NCBI GenBank assembly: GCA_965153285.1
Contig: OZ229111.1
Length of the DNA stretch: 64,000 nt
From: Podarcis tiliguerta
Taxonomy: Eukaryota
Strand: one strand, 5' to 3'
Shown here one piece after another: positions 1-10,740 of this stretch. Made by a program: the position numbers and the translations under genes. Position 1 is the first letter of the stretch, and each line of letters opens with the position of its first letter. Below the pieces are notes generated by a model, which saw only the letters and a program-made list of their open reading frames with translations, was not told where the DNA came from and did no database searches.

Positions 1-660
1 TGTTCAGAAGAGAGGGGTGCAGCTGTAGTTATGATAGCACAGCATAGAAAAAGGGCACTCTTTGTGCTTTTTTAAAAAATAAATTTATTGTGGCTTCAGT
101 CAAACCATTGAGGTTGTAAAGTTGCTAATGGTTGTCCCTTTGTATGGTGGCTGTGTGAATGCCTTTTCACAGATCACAATCTTCTGTCTTGTCCACTTTG
201 AAAGCATTCCAGGAGGTGGTAAATTAAGTCTGAATGTCCACTGTAACATTCAAGCAAATTAGTTCTTCACCCCCTAAAAAAATTCTTAGCTTTTTCAGTT
301 CACGTAAATATTTGTAAATTCACCATAGTATCCAGATATGGGGTACTGTCCTGTCATGGTAGCAAACAGTGCAAGTATGCCTTCTGAACTCTGAAGGCCA
401 TTATATGGGTGCTGTAAAACAGCACAATGTTCATCAGGTATGTGGTTGTCAGGAAATTCTGTCCGACATGCCTCAGGATTCATGTGGCAGTACAGCTGAG
501 ACTGGGCTTGTCAGTTTTTTCAGTTTCAGGCTCCTGATAAATTGTGTGAGAATAAACAATGATAAGTTTTTAGGAATTTTTTCAGATTCATTGGTGGCAA
601 TCTGTAACATATTTTTAAATTCTAAGATTAAAGAAAATATTCTTTCTTTTTTTTTTTAAG

Positions 661-794
661 GTTGGTGATGTGCTCAGTGGGAATCTCCTTGAAGGAGAAT
701 CTGATGACTCAGAAGTGGAGAATGAAACGGAAGACAACTTTCTTCCATCTGAAAAACCAGCATGGGTGGATGAAGATGATGAAGCTGAGGAAAT
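661..794 (+). CDS. UTP18: UTP18 coding exon (VGDVLSG...KPAWVDEDDEAEE)
   Basis: poly-T tract + AG at 659-660; donor GTAAGC at 795. Confidence 0.9.
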
Positions 795-3700
795 GTAAGC
801 AGCACTCATAGGCTATGTTTGCATGTCACAGTAATCCATGGTTAGTGGTTTACTTGGATGTGTAATGCACCTATTGTAAATTGACTCATGAAGTGTGGTG
901 AAGCAAAGCTGTAGTTGTAAGCAAGTTGCATTGAACTCTGGGGCTTGTCTTCATCCTAACATATGTAGGTTTGGGGTGTAAGCATCTTACATCTTGTGAG
1001 TGCAGGGTCAAGAGTCGCACGAGCAGATGTACCTTTTTCCTCTTCCCCCTGCGGGTCCCTATGTGTCCCCCAAACTTTGCTCTGGAGGGATTGTCAATCC
1101 TCCAGAGCAGACTTTGGGTGACTGCAGGTTGAAGGAGAGTCACCTTTGCACAAGTGGAAGTCCATTGCATCAGTGCACAATTGGATACCACCCATCATCT
1201 TAACCATTCATTCTGAGTGAAGATGTTAATGTGTGTGCCTTCTGCAAGTTTTTACAAAATATTGCCAGGCTGTCCACTTTTTGAGAGCTTTGGAAATTCT
1301 AGAACCTTATAGCTGATTTTAAAATAAACTTTTTTTCCATTTCTTCCCCATGCTAATCCTGTAAAGTAGGTTAGGAAGAGGAAGTATTTTACCGTATTTT
1401 TTTGCTCTATACGACTCACTTTTTCCCTCCTAAAAAGTAAGGGGAAATGTGTGTGCGTCTTATGGAGCGAATTCTGCAACTATCCCAGAAGCCAGAACAG
1501 CAAGAGGGATTGCTGCTTTCACTGCGCAGTGATCCCTCTTGCTGTTCAGAACTGTACAAATTTAGCATGTGACTTTTTTCTCCTAGAATTGACATGACCC
1601 ATCGATATCGAAAAAACATGATGAAAAGTGGTGCAGAAAAGAAGCTTACAAAGGAAAAACTTCAAAGAAGACTTCAAGAACAGTGAGTGTTAATGGTAAC
1701 ATGGACAAGAGGCAACCACCTTAAGAAAAATTAACTTTTGCTTATTTATTTGAATTGGCATCAAAAAATGTTAGCATATAACCTCATTTTTGAAGAGGCC
1801 TTCCAATATGTGCTTTCTCAAAACAGACAATTTGTAAATTGATCTGAATTTTTGAAGATGTATATATTTATTTCCGTACGTACTAAAATGCAAAAAAACA
1901 CCCCACAACAATTTTCTTTATGCAGCTATGAAGTTTTACTGCTTAATATTGAGAAAAGCGGAAATGGCAAGGATGATTCAAATTGAACTTAAAAAGGAAG
2001 GGCAAAAATGGCTTGGGTGCTTGGACACTTCAAAAGCATTTTCCTATTTATTGTCATAATAAGAGTCTTACTTGCAAGAGGTGGGGAGGGTTGAGGAAAA
2101 TGTTTTTCTTCCTTCACAGTCCATCCTTCAAACAGCTTGCATCTGCTCTTGCATCACAAGGGGTGTATGGTGTGAGAGAGAGAGAGACTATAAGGCTATC
2201 TGTCCTTTCTTGCCTTGCATCCCTCTCTTCATCAGACATTTAATGCTCATCATTCTTTCACCCATCTTTCAAAATTGTCTGGCATATTTACTTAAAATTT
2301 CTGATAGTTGTTTTTTACTTACCTCAATGGATAAGGTTGTGTGTGAAGTAACAGTTGTGGGTGCAGTACAGATTTGTCTTCCTTAGATTTCAGAGCGCAA
2401 TGGGAGCAACCCCTTCCTGGGCACAGAGGGACAGGAAGAAGAAAGTAAGAAAAGCCAGAGATGAAGGTAAATGTGGGACTTTCTATAGCATGAACCAAAG
2501 TCAATAAAGTAATTAAGATGCAATCCTCTGCACATGATTCTGCAGAGAAAGTTTTTGGGACTTCTGGTTAAGGAAGTCTCGCAGGGACTAATGTAGGAAG
2601 AACATCATGGCAAGGGAGAGACCAACTTGGCCTCATCCATTGGCTGTAGAAGGAGCAGCTACAGGGAGCTGGCTTCTCCTCAAGTGTATGTGGGTGTTTG
2701 TTCCCAGTTTCCTGGGTTGCACACCCCATTCCTTAACTCTTATTTTCTTTAACTGCTTATTTTGCATCTGACTCCAGTTCTTATCCTTGAGAATTTTAAG
2801 CAGTTCTTATTTTGCACTTGGCTTCAATTTGGTTGCCTTCAAGGTTCAAGTAAAAAACAAAGTAGATCACACAGCCCTGAAGGCTGCCTACCCTGTTTTA
2901 GATTGTTTACCTGAGGACGCAGACTGTCTTACTACTGACCATTGCAAGCTGCTCTAAGAGACTAGGAGCAGGGTTTATGACACACTACCTGACTGTATAC
3001 TGAATAAGTGCTGACTTCTTTTCATATATTGCATTTAGCTTATGTTGCCACCTTTCATATGGCTGCACAGATAAAACAATACAATGTTTGAAATAATTTC
3101 TTTTTAAGATGACAGCGAAGATGAAGGGGATGAACTAATGCACAAGACAGGCAATTTCGTGACAGTGTCAGACTCCTTACCAAGAGGCTTTTTACAGGTA
3201 AAACAATCTTTCATCTTCATGCACACAATGTGTTTGTGATTAGAATTCATAGGCTTTGAAGCTGTTAAATATGAGAAAAACAACAGGTTTCAAGAGACCC
3301 TTCATGCAACACATTGAAAGCATTTTCATGTTTTGAATATTTAGTTGGCAAAGTTTTAAGTATGATGAAATAGTTATGTAGAGCTTCAACAGTAAAATAA
3401 AAAAAATCATTGGGAATTTTCTCCTCTCCTGCAAGCCTGCTGTTAACCCTCAAAATCTGCTTCAGGTGGTTGGAGGACCATCTGGAACAGATTTTTGGGA
3501 AGTGTGAGAAGAGGAAGTTCCAGGTGTGAGCAGAACACCACTTGCACAGAGTTGAATACAACTTGATTTTATAAAAATTTGGATCGCTAATGCATCTCTA
3601 AACTGGGAAATGGAAAACTGCCTAGAACACTGAATGTATCTTAGGACAGAATTGGTAGCAAATTTGCTGAAATATATTTCAGTAGTGCAGACATAGGGTT

Positions 3701-6700
3701 GTGTCCAAAGCTGCTGTTTAACTTGGGCAGAAGATTTCTCTTTGCACACTTGAACCTTCTTCCCTGTCCTGAAGCCTCACACCCACCCTCAAAATCTGCT
3801 CCAAATGGTTGAAGGACCCTGTGGAGCAGTTTTTGTGGGGGTATTCAGGGAGGAGCAGAAGGGGAGGTCTTATTTGGGTAACTTAGTGCTGCCTGTGCAG
3901 TGTTGGATACTGTCATGAGTGCGTAGATTTTTCTTTTCTATACGTACTTAGTGGTTATGCAGCTTCATAACAACCACACATGTTCCTGTTCTGCATTTTA
4001 GATGAAAAACTGCAAGTTTGCTAATAGTGAACGTCTGTCAGATGCAAAACTGACAACTGTGCAGTTCCATCCTTCTGCTCAAGTTATTATGACTGCTGGG
4101 CTTGATCGGTCTGTTTCACTGTTCCAGGTGAGGAATAAATTACCTTATATATAATGTGATTGTTTCTGTTCTATGTTCTTGTATACTGTTTTATAGGAAC
4201 TGATTGGCTGAGACATACTATGTGGTGGTTGGGTGGGTGGGGGTTTAAATTTGCATATTAATACCAAACTTTAAGGACTGGAAACAGTCAAAAGTCCATG
4301 GAAGCAAGTGGGTCATCCCTATTGTTTGCATAGAAGCAGAAGGAGTTCCTTGTTATGGTGGAGCTCCATATGGTGCAGTAGAAGGCAGAAGCCGCCCAAT
4401 GTTTCTGTGGGACTCTGGGTTGCCGTCAAATCAAGGAATTTAAATTCAAGACAAACTGGCATTTGCTAGTCATTACATTTGTATTTTAGAAATGCTCTTA
4501 AATATTGCCCATTCTGAGGTGAAAAATGAATGCACCTTTTTCTCTTTAAAGGTGGATGGCATCGCTAATCCAAAGATACAGAGCATTCATCTGGAAAGCT
4601 TTCCAGTGTACAAGGCACGTTTTAGTGCAGATGGAGAACAAGTTATTGCAACTAGCATACACAACAAGCGGTTCTATATATACGACATGATGGCTGGAAA
4701 AATTATTCCTATAACCCATATCAGAGGTGAGGTTTCACTGCTTGCTTATATTTTTGTACACACTGAATTTTAAGTAGATTCGAATAATGCTCAAATATAA
4801 TTTTATTTTTTCTGAATTAGACATAAAAGATTTGTAATTAAATTCCTTCTTACTGTGTCGCATGGTGGTAGAACTAGTTCCCAGTGTTCTTCCATGTCTT
4901 TGGAACAATGGCATCTATAAGAAAAAGAATAAACATTCAAGGAAATAACGTTTTATTATTCTTTATAAATAAGCACCTAGATTAAACCATAATTTATAAG
5001 CTAATAGTTAGCTTTGGCAATTAGCTCATATATATATATGTGCTGGAACTATATAACACATATTGTTTTTTTGAACTTAAGGTTTAGAGGAGAAGTTTAT
5101 CAAAAATTTTGAAGTTTCACCAGATGGAAGATTCCTGCTCCTTAATGGAACATCAGGCTATCTGCATTTGTTGACAATGAAGGTAAAATCTGCATTTGTT
5201 TCTGAAATGAGCATTTTAAGTTCAAACAGCAACACAATTCTACCAGCAGAGAAGTTGTATCAGCTAGAGTTCATACTAAAAATGCATTTTAATACTAATA
5301 TGGCAAATACGAACCACATAGCATTTTGTAGTCTTATGCTTCATGCAAAACTTCTGTGCTGCTCAACAGTAGCCATTTCAGCAGACAAGTCACAGGGATG
5401 GTGTGGATTTCTTGACTTTGATTTTGTTAAATCCAAATAGTGGTGGCAAATAGTTAAGTGGTTGATTATCTTTAGAGTTTTGTGTTGTAAGTGTCTCTTA
5501 TTAAACAAGTCATCTGAATACTGTAAATGAGTAAGTCACTGGTGTGGTGGAGACTATAGAAGGAAAAAGATAAATCAAAGGAAGAAAGCCATAAATAACA
5601 GGAGGGAAATAGGGCAACAGAGCACCATATTAGGGAACACAGTGGTGTACTAAGAAATATATATATATGAAAACACATTTGTGTGCACCCTACAAGTTTT
5701 CTTGACCCTCCTTTTTATGATGACTGTAGAAGGGCACATTCCTCTCATGAGACCAGACTCTTTCACTTTATGATATTGTGACTACTTGTGTTGATCAGCA
5801 ATTGCATTTCTATTTTAGACGAAAGAGCTTATTGGGAGCATGAAAATAAATGGGAAGTCTCTGGAATCATCTTTCTCTCCAGATAGCAGCAAAATCTACA
5901 CGCATTCTGGTAAGTCAGATAAGATGTGGCATCACTGTATGAAGGTGTGCAATTTTTAGTGAAAGGAGAACTTTGTATAGCCTCTGTTGCAGCTGTTACA
6001 GTAGTAATCGTCACAGGCTCATTTTCTGATTAGAAAGCACTCATAGCAAGATGCCTTAAGTTGAAACTGGAATTTGTGACCCGATACAACCTCCCCATAA
6101 ACCATGAAACAGTTGTGCCTTTTACTACCTATGATGTATGCATGTGAGTACCTATTTAATAGAAACTCACTATATAATAGTTACAATCTTTGAGTAGTGT
6201 ATGGAGTTATTCCTTGCTGTGCTCTTCAGTTGTTCATAGTTTAGCAGAGGTCCCCCCCTTTAAATCCAGCATTTTGATGTCATATATTACTTCCTCTAAA
6301 AAATTTCCCTATTTGTCTCTCTGTCTGTCAGTTCAGGGTGAAGTTTTCGTATGGGATGTAAAAAGCAGACGATGCCTAAACAGATTTTCTGACGAAGGTT
6401 GTATGTGTGGTACATCAATTTCAGTCTCCAAAAACAACCAGTATGTGGCATGTGGGTAAGTGGAAGCAGAGCCAATATTTTAAGATATTTTATTTCTTGG
6501 ATCATACCGGAAGGTTCTCTACTTTGAAGACACTGGAGTTGTCAGATAATTATGGGTTTAGACATGCGTTACTAATGTTGCAGCTCTCAGCATATTAAAT
6601 CCACTTGATTTCAGTGGGACTTACTTTTGAGTAAACATTCTTAGTAATGTGCTATAAGAGGCCAAATTCAGAGGAGGACAAAATCGACAAATAATTTTAG

Positions 6701-9700
6701 TGGTGTATATGTATATATGGTAACAAAATAACTTGCCAGTATGACAGTTAAACACATTGCAAATGCTTTTTAGATCAAGTTCCAGGCTTTATCAAAGTAG
6801 TCTTCAGAAATATCTTATTTTTAGTCCGTGGTTGATACATAGAGAGCTCCCATGACTTGGAAGACTTGACTGAGTAAATATTGAGCAGCTTTTTCCCCGT
6901 AAGTGTGAAGAGCCAGTGTGGTGTAGTGGTTAAGAGCGGTAGTCACGTAATCTGGGTAACCGGGTTCGCGTCTCCGCTCCTCCACATGCAGCCTCTGGGT
7001 GACCTTGGGCCAGTCACAGTCTCTCAGCCCCACTCACCTCACAGAGTGTTTGTTGTGGGGGAGGAAGGGAAAGGAGAATGTTAGCCGCTTTGAGACTCCT
7101 TAAAGGGAGTGAAAGGCGGGATATCAAATCCAAACTCCTCTTCTTCTTCTTCTTCTTAAATTCTGTAGAGCTGCCATGTTGCTTGCCTTGATTTAAAAAT
7201 GGCTGTGGCTAATTGCTCCCCTTAAGATACAGGTGAGCTTCTTGCAGCATATGTAGGAGTCAGCAATTGTGCTGCAGCATTCTGCACTAACTGCAGCTTC
7301 CAGAGCAAGCAGAAGGAAAGCCCCACATAGAGTGCATTGGAGTAATCTACTTGAAATCACTTCATGCATGAACTACTGTGGCATGGCTTTCCCAGTCTAG
7401 GAATGGCTGTAGCTGTCAAACCTCTTTCTGTAGATGGAGCCTCCCTTCTACAAACTTACCGTAAGCATAAACGTAGTAAAAAAATGCACTCTTTTTACTT
7501 ACATGAATAAGATTTTACTATAGTTACGCATTAACATTTCCTCAGTATAGCTGATAGGAAATGACGCTTGGTACTTCTGGAGAAATATAGGATCATGAAT
7601 ATAAATTGCTGAGTTAATTTAATTACGGTTTAAGCATTTTATAAACCACAAACTCTTTTTTTCTAGTTCTAGTTCCGGAGTTGTGAATGTGTATGCTCAG
7701 GATGACTGTCTCAGAGAAACTAGTCCTAAGCCTCTGAAAGCTATAATGAACTTGGTCACACCTGCAACATCGTTATCCTTCAGTCCCACCACTGAAATAT
7801 TGGCAATTGCTTCTAATAAAGTAGATGAGGCGGTAAAGCTGGTAAGAATTTCTCCTAAGTTTAATTCAATGGCTAACTATTAATTCGATTAAGCTGGAGT
7901 TTTCCTGCTTGTTCTTTTCAGCTCCTAAGGTCCTCCTCAGCACCCCAGCCTTGGATTCCCATGCCTACAGAGATCCCCTGTTCATCTCCCCTTGTCTTAA
8001 TTCAGCAAAACAAACAAAAAACAGTTCGTCTTATAACACTTATAACTAGGTCGCTTACTGGAGGATTTTTCTCCCGCTCGTAATTATCATTTTCCTTTAC
8101 AGAAGTTTTGTTATTTGTCAACATTCTGTTGCTGACCTCTTCACCTTGAGCGCTTTGCATGCCTGAACATTCTGTGACATCCTAGTTGCTGCTCAAGTAA
8201 TTGCAAGCTGCAAGCATTTTCACATACATAGAACAGACACACACGTTGCGTGGTTCTTGGATCGTGAGAATGTATTGAGTTTGAATAAGTCTTCTGGGAA
8301 ATTACCAAAAATATGACAACAACAGAAAGACAGAAATGCCTATACTTTATGGATTGAGGCAAACATTTCTCACTTTAGGAGCTTTATATGGGGAAACCTT
8401 TTCCTTTTCACCAGGTGCACGCAGTCTACCAATTTCTGTTTTGGAACAGGGGACAATGAGATAACCCCAAAACATCCATTTTATCATATTAAAAAGGCTT
8501 TTCACATAGCTACCATTTAGGCGAAAAGTGGGATTTAGCTCCAGAAAAACCTAGATGTTACACAGCTGGTGGAAACGTCATGTGGTTCATATCCTGCAAG
8601 TGCAGGAACAGGCAGCCCGCAAGGGAAATTTTGAGATAGTGAGTTTTAATTGTAACTGTATATGCAAAATCTGTAGTTAGAAAGATCCTGGACAGGGAAG
8701 TTTCTTTTTTATAATCAATTTTTATTTACTTTTCATAAAGCCAAACTAATATAGAGAAGAAAAGTAGGAAAAAAGGAAAAAGGAAAAGAAAAGAAAGAAG
8801 AAGTGAAAGAGAATAAAAGACCAATATCTTAACCTTTATTCCACACAGAAGAGTGAACCCTCCCAGCAATCCCCCTCTTCCTCCAGCCTCCCATCCTGGG
8901 AGATCCTCTGTACCAAAACTCAGGGAATTTCTAAAGTAGCTTGTAAATGGACAGATGCAGGGGAAAGGGTTAGAAAATCCTGCTAGTTCTGCACAAGCCT
9001 TTGCTTAAGATAAAGCTGTTGGGTTCAGAGTTATTGTCTTGATAGTAACTGTAGAAATTAATGTTTGAATGTTTTTTATTTTCATGTTAGCCGCTCTGAG
9101 TCCGGTTTTGGCCGGGGAGGGTGGGGTATAAAAAATATTATTATTAATAATAATAATACTATGTATGACAATGAAGTATGCTTTCACTTACCCCGCCCCT
9201 CTGTTTCATTACCTTGCTCCACTCTCCTTCGCAGGTGCACATTCCTTCATTTACTGTATTCCCAAATTTTCCGGTGTTAAAAAAAAAGTTAATATACTTG
9301 GCTAACTCCATGGACTTCTCACCCAGAAGTGGATATTTTTCCATAGCAAATAACAAAGGCAAAGCTTTATTGTATAGGTACGTATTAAATCATGCTACTG
9401 CAATTACAGTGATACTTAACTCTTAGATTTCTTCAGATTTGTGTTATATTATTGACTGTTGGCAGTATTAATGTTAGTCATACTCAGAGTAACTAGTCTT
9501 AGTATAGCTTAGATGAATACAGTGGTACCTCGCAAGACGAATTTCCCTATGGGCTTGCTTCGCAAGACGAAAACGTCTTGCGCCTTTTTTTAAAAACCGT
9601 CAATGCATTCCTATGGGAAACCATCAATGCACAGTGGTGCTTCGCAAGACGAAAAAATTCACAAGACGAAAAAACTCGCAGAACGAATTAATTTCGTCTT

Positions 9701-10004
9701 GCGAGGCACCACTGTATTGCCTTTGATACCTAATAATAATAAAACAGGTTTTTATAATTTAACTGACCTAGGCACAATTTAAATTTTCTTGCACATTCTT
9801 ATTTCACTTGTCTCTTTTAAAAACATACTTTACTACTCTGTACCCTGATATGTTGATGTTAGATTAAAACATTGCCATAAAATATTAGAACCACTGTGGT
9901 TCTAAAGCATGGTGCTTTGTGGTCTTGTAGTTGGGAATATCTCAAACTATTGCATATTAACTCTGTTTTAACTTTGCAGGTTGAAACACTACTCAGATTT
10001 CTAA
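661..10004 (+). CDS. UTP18: U3 snoRNA-associated protein 18 homolog (WD40, SSU processome UTP-B); 5'-partial, 12 coding exons in window
   Basis: Joined exons 661-794, 1587-1682, 2387-2466, 3109-3197, 4002-4127, 4552-4726, 5082-5182, 5819-5909, 6332-6455, 7667-7841, 9235-9377, 9980-10004 give 1359 nt, one open frame (452 aa + stop), all GT-AG. Recognisable motifs: KPAWVDEDD, VQFHPSAQV, VDG..NPKIQSIHLESFP, GEVFVWDV, FSPRSGYFS, C-terminal ALLYRLKHYSDF*. Confidence 0.96.
1015..1197. repeat. old dispersed quasi-palindromic repeat (relatives at about 3410-3565, 3695-3912, 16260-16440, 18760-18975)
   Basis: internal inverted repeat TGCTCTGGAGG...CCTCCAGAGCA and recurring end TTGGATAC(C/A)ACCCA. Confidence 0.55.
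1392..1547. mobile_element. truncated TA-target MITE (TIR CCGTATTTTT.GCTCTAT), same family as 63036-63294, opposite orientation
   Basis: near-identical to the reverse complement of the right half of the 63 kb copy; one TIR only. Confidence 0.8.
1587..1682 (+). CDS. UTP18: UTP18 coding exon (IDMTHRYRKNMMK...LQE)
   Basis: tcctag acceptor, GTGAGT donor, phase 2/2. Confidence 0.9.
2387..2466 (+). CDS. UTP18: UTP18 coding exon (FQSAMGATPSWA...)
   Basis: ccttag acceptor, GTAAAT donor. Confidence 0.9.
3109..3197 (+). CDS. UTP18: UTP18 coding exon (DSEDEGDELMHKTGNF...LPRGFLQ)
   Basis: tttttaag acceptor, GTAAAA donor. Confidence 0.9.
4002..4127 (+). CDS. UTP18: UTP18 coding exon (MKNCKFAN...VQFHPSAQV...SLFQ)
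   Basis: ttttag acceptor, GTGAGG donor; first WD40 repeat. Confidence 0.92.
4552..4726 (+). CDS. UTP18: UTP18 coding exon (VDGIANPKIQSIHLESFP...)
   Basis: matches ORF 4492-4773; GTGAGG donor. Confidence 0.93.
5082..5182 (+). CDS. UTP18: UTP18 coding exon (LEEKFIKNFEVSPDG...LTMK)
   Basis: AG at 5080-5081, GTAAAA donor. Confidence 0.92.
5819..5909 (+). CDS. UTP18: UTP18 coding exon (TKELIGSMKING...)
   Basis: tattttag acceptor, GTAAGT donor. Confidence 0.92.
6332..6455 (+). CDS. UTP18: UTP18 coding exon (QGEVFVWDV...YVAC)
   Basis: only the AG at 6330-6331 keeps frame; GTAAGT donor. Confidence 0.9.
6907..7157 (+). mobile_element. tRNA-derived SINE (Squam3-like) with (CTT)n tail
   Basis: Pol III A box TGGTGTAGTGG at 6919, B-box-like GGTTCG at 6963, CORE-like GTGACCTTGGGCCAGTCAC, L2-like 3' end, CTT tail. 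Confidence 0.8.
7667..7841 (+). CDS. UTP18: UTP18 coding exon (SSSGVVNVY...EAVKL)
   Basis: ttctag acceptor, GTAAGA donor; matches ORF 7683-7883. Confidence 0.92.
9084..9160 (+). mobile_element. 3' tip of an L2-type LINE or related SINE with (TAT/TAA)n tail
   Basis: TGTTAGCCGCTCTGAG...GGGGTATAAA resembles the ends at 7079-7127 and 48410-48490. Confidence 0.55.
9235..9377 (+). CDS. UTP18: UTP18 coding exon (VHIPSFTVFPNFP...ALLY)
   Basis: pyrimidine tract + gcag, GTACGT donor; matches ORF 9178-9426. Confidence 0.93.
9520..9714. mobile_element. Tc1/mariner-type MITE, family A (TIR CAGTGGTRCCTCGCAAGACGA)
   Basis: TA on both sides, terminal inverted repeats, repeated GCAAGACGA motifs. Confidence 0.88.
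9980..10004 (+). CDS. UTP18: UTP18 last coding exon (RLKHYSDF*)
   Basis: tttgcag acceptor; TAA at 10002-10004. Confidence 0.92.
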
Positions 10005-10177
10005 ACTGATGACTTTTAGACTGAGGTAATTATCAACTGAAGTAGAAATGCTGCTGGAGAATTGCGGGCAATATAGTTTAAATTTCCTTGTTACAATTTC
10101 AGAGTCAGAACGAAATTCAGTTCATTGCAGTTTTGTATTGAATTTTAATGGTTAGTGAAGTGTGTGCACTTATTTGA

Positions 10178-10183
10178 AATAAA
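10178..10183 (+). terminator. probable UTP18 polyadenylation signal AATAAA
   Basis: first AATAAA, about 175 nt after the stop, followed by U/GU-rich sequence; a second AATAAA lies at 10337-10342. Confidence 0.55.
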
Positions 10184-10397
10184 GCACACTGAACTAAGTG
10201 GGCTTTCCTTTTGAGAATGTATGCACTGAATTATGCTACACAACAGCACATGCATTTTAAGTATTTATAGTCTGCCCTTCCTGCAAGGGTCCCAGGGTAT
10301 CAATCGATAACACTGAAATCACAATTTACAATTAACAATAAAAATTAAAACAAATGTAAATCTTACTTGGTTTCACTAGACATTTAGTCTAGTGCTA

Positions 10398-10740
10398 GGT
10401 AAAGGTAAAGGGACCCCTGACCGTTAAGTCCAGTCGCAGACGACTCTGGGGTTGCGGCGCTCATTTCACTTTATTGGCCAAGGGAACTGGCGTACAGCTT
10501 CCGGGTCATGTGGCCAGCATGACTAAGTCACTTCTGGTGAACCAGAGCAGCGCACGGAAATGCCATTTACCTTCCTGCTGGAGCGGTACCTATTTATCTA
10601 CTTGCACTTGACATGCTTTCGAACTGCTAGGTTGGCAGGAGCAGGGACCGAGCAACGGGGGCTCACCCCGTCACGGGAATTTGAACCGCCGACCTTCTGA
10701 TCGGCAAGCCCTAGGCTCAGTGGTTTAACCCACAGCTCCA
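10398..10740 (-). mobile_element. near full-length Sauria SINE
   Basis: reverse complement of the ACCTTT tail at the left end; 13-bp target-site duplication TAGTCTAGTGCTA at 10385-10397 and 10741-10753; homologous to 61883-62230. Confidence 0.92.

Noticed and set aside
6907-6980. tRNA-like sequence
   Set aside because: Head of a SINE continuing into CORE-like body and CTT tail; not a tRNA gene.
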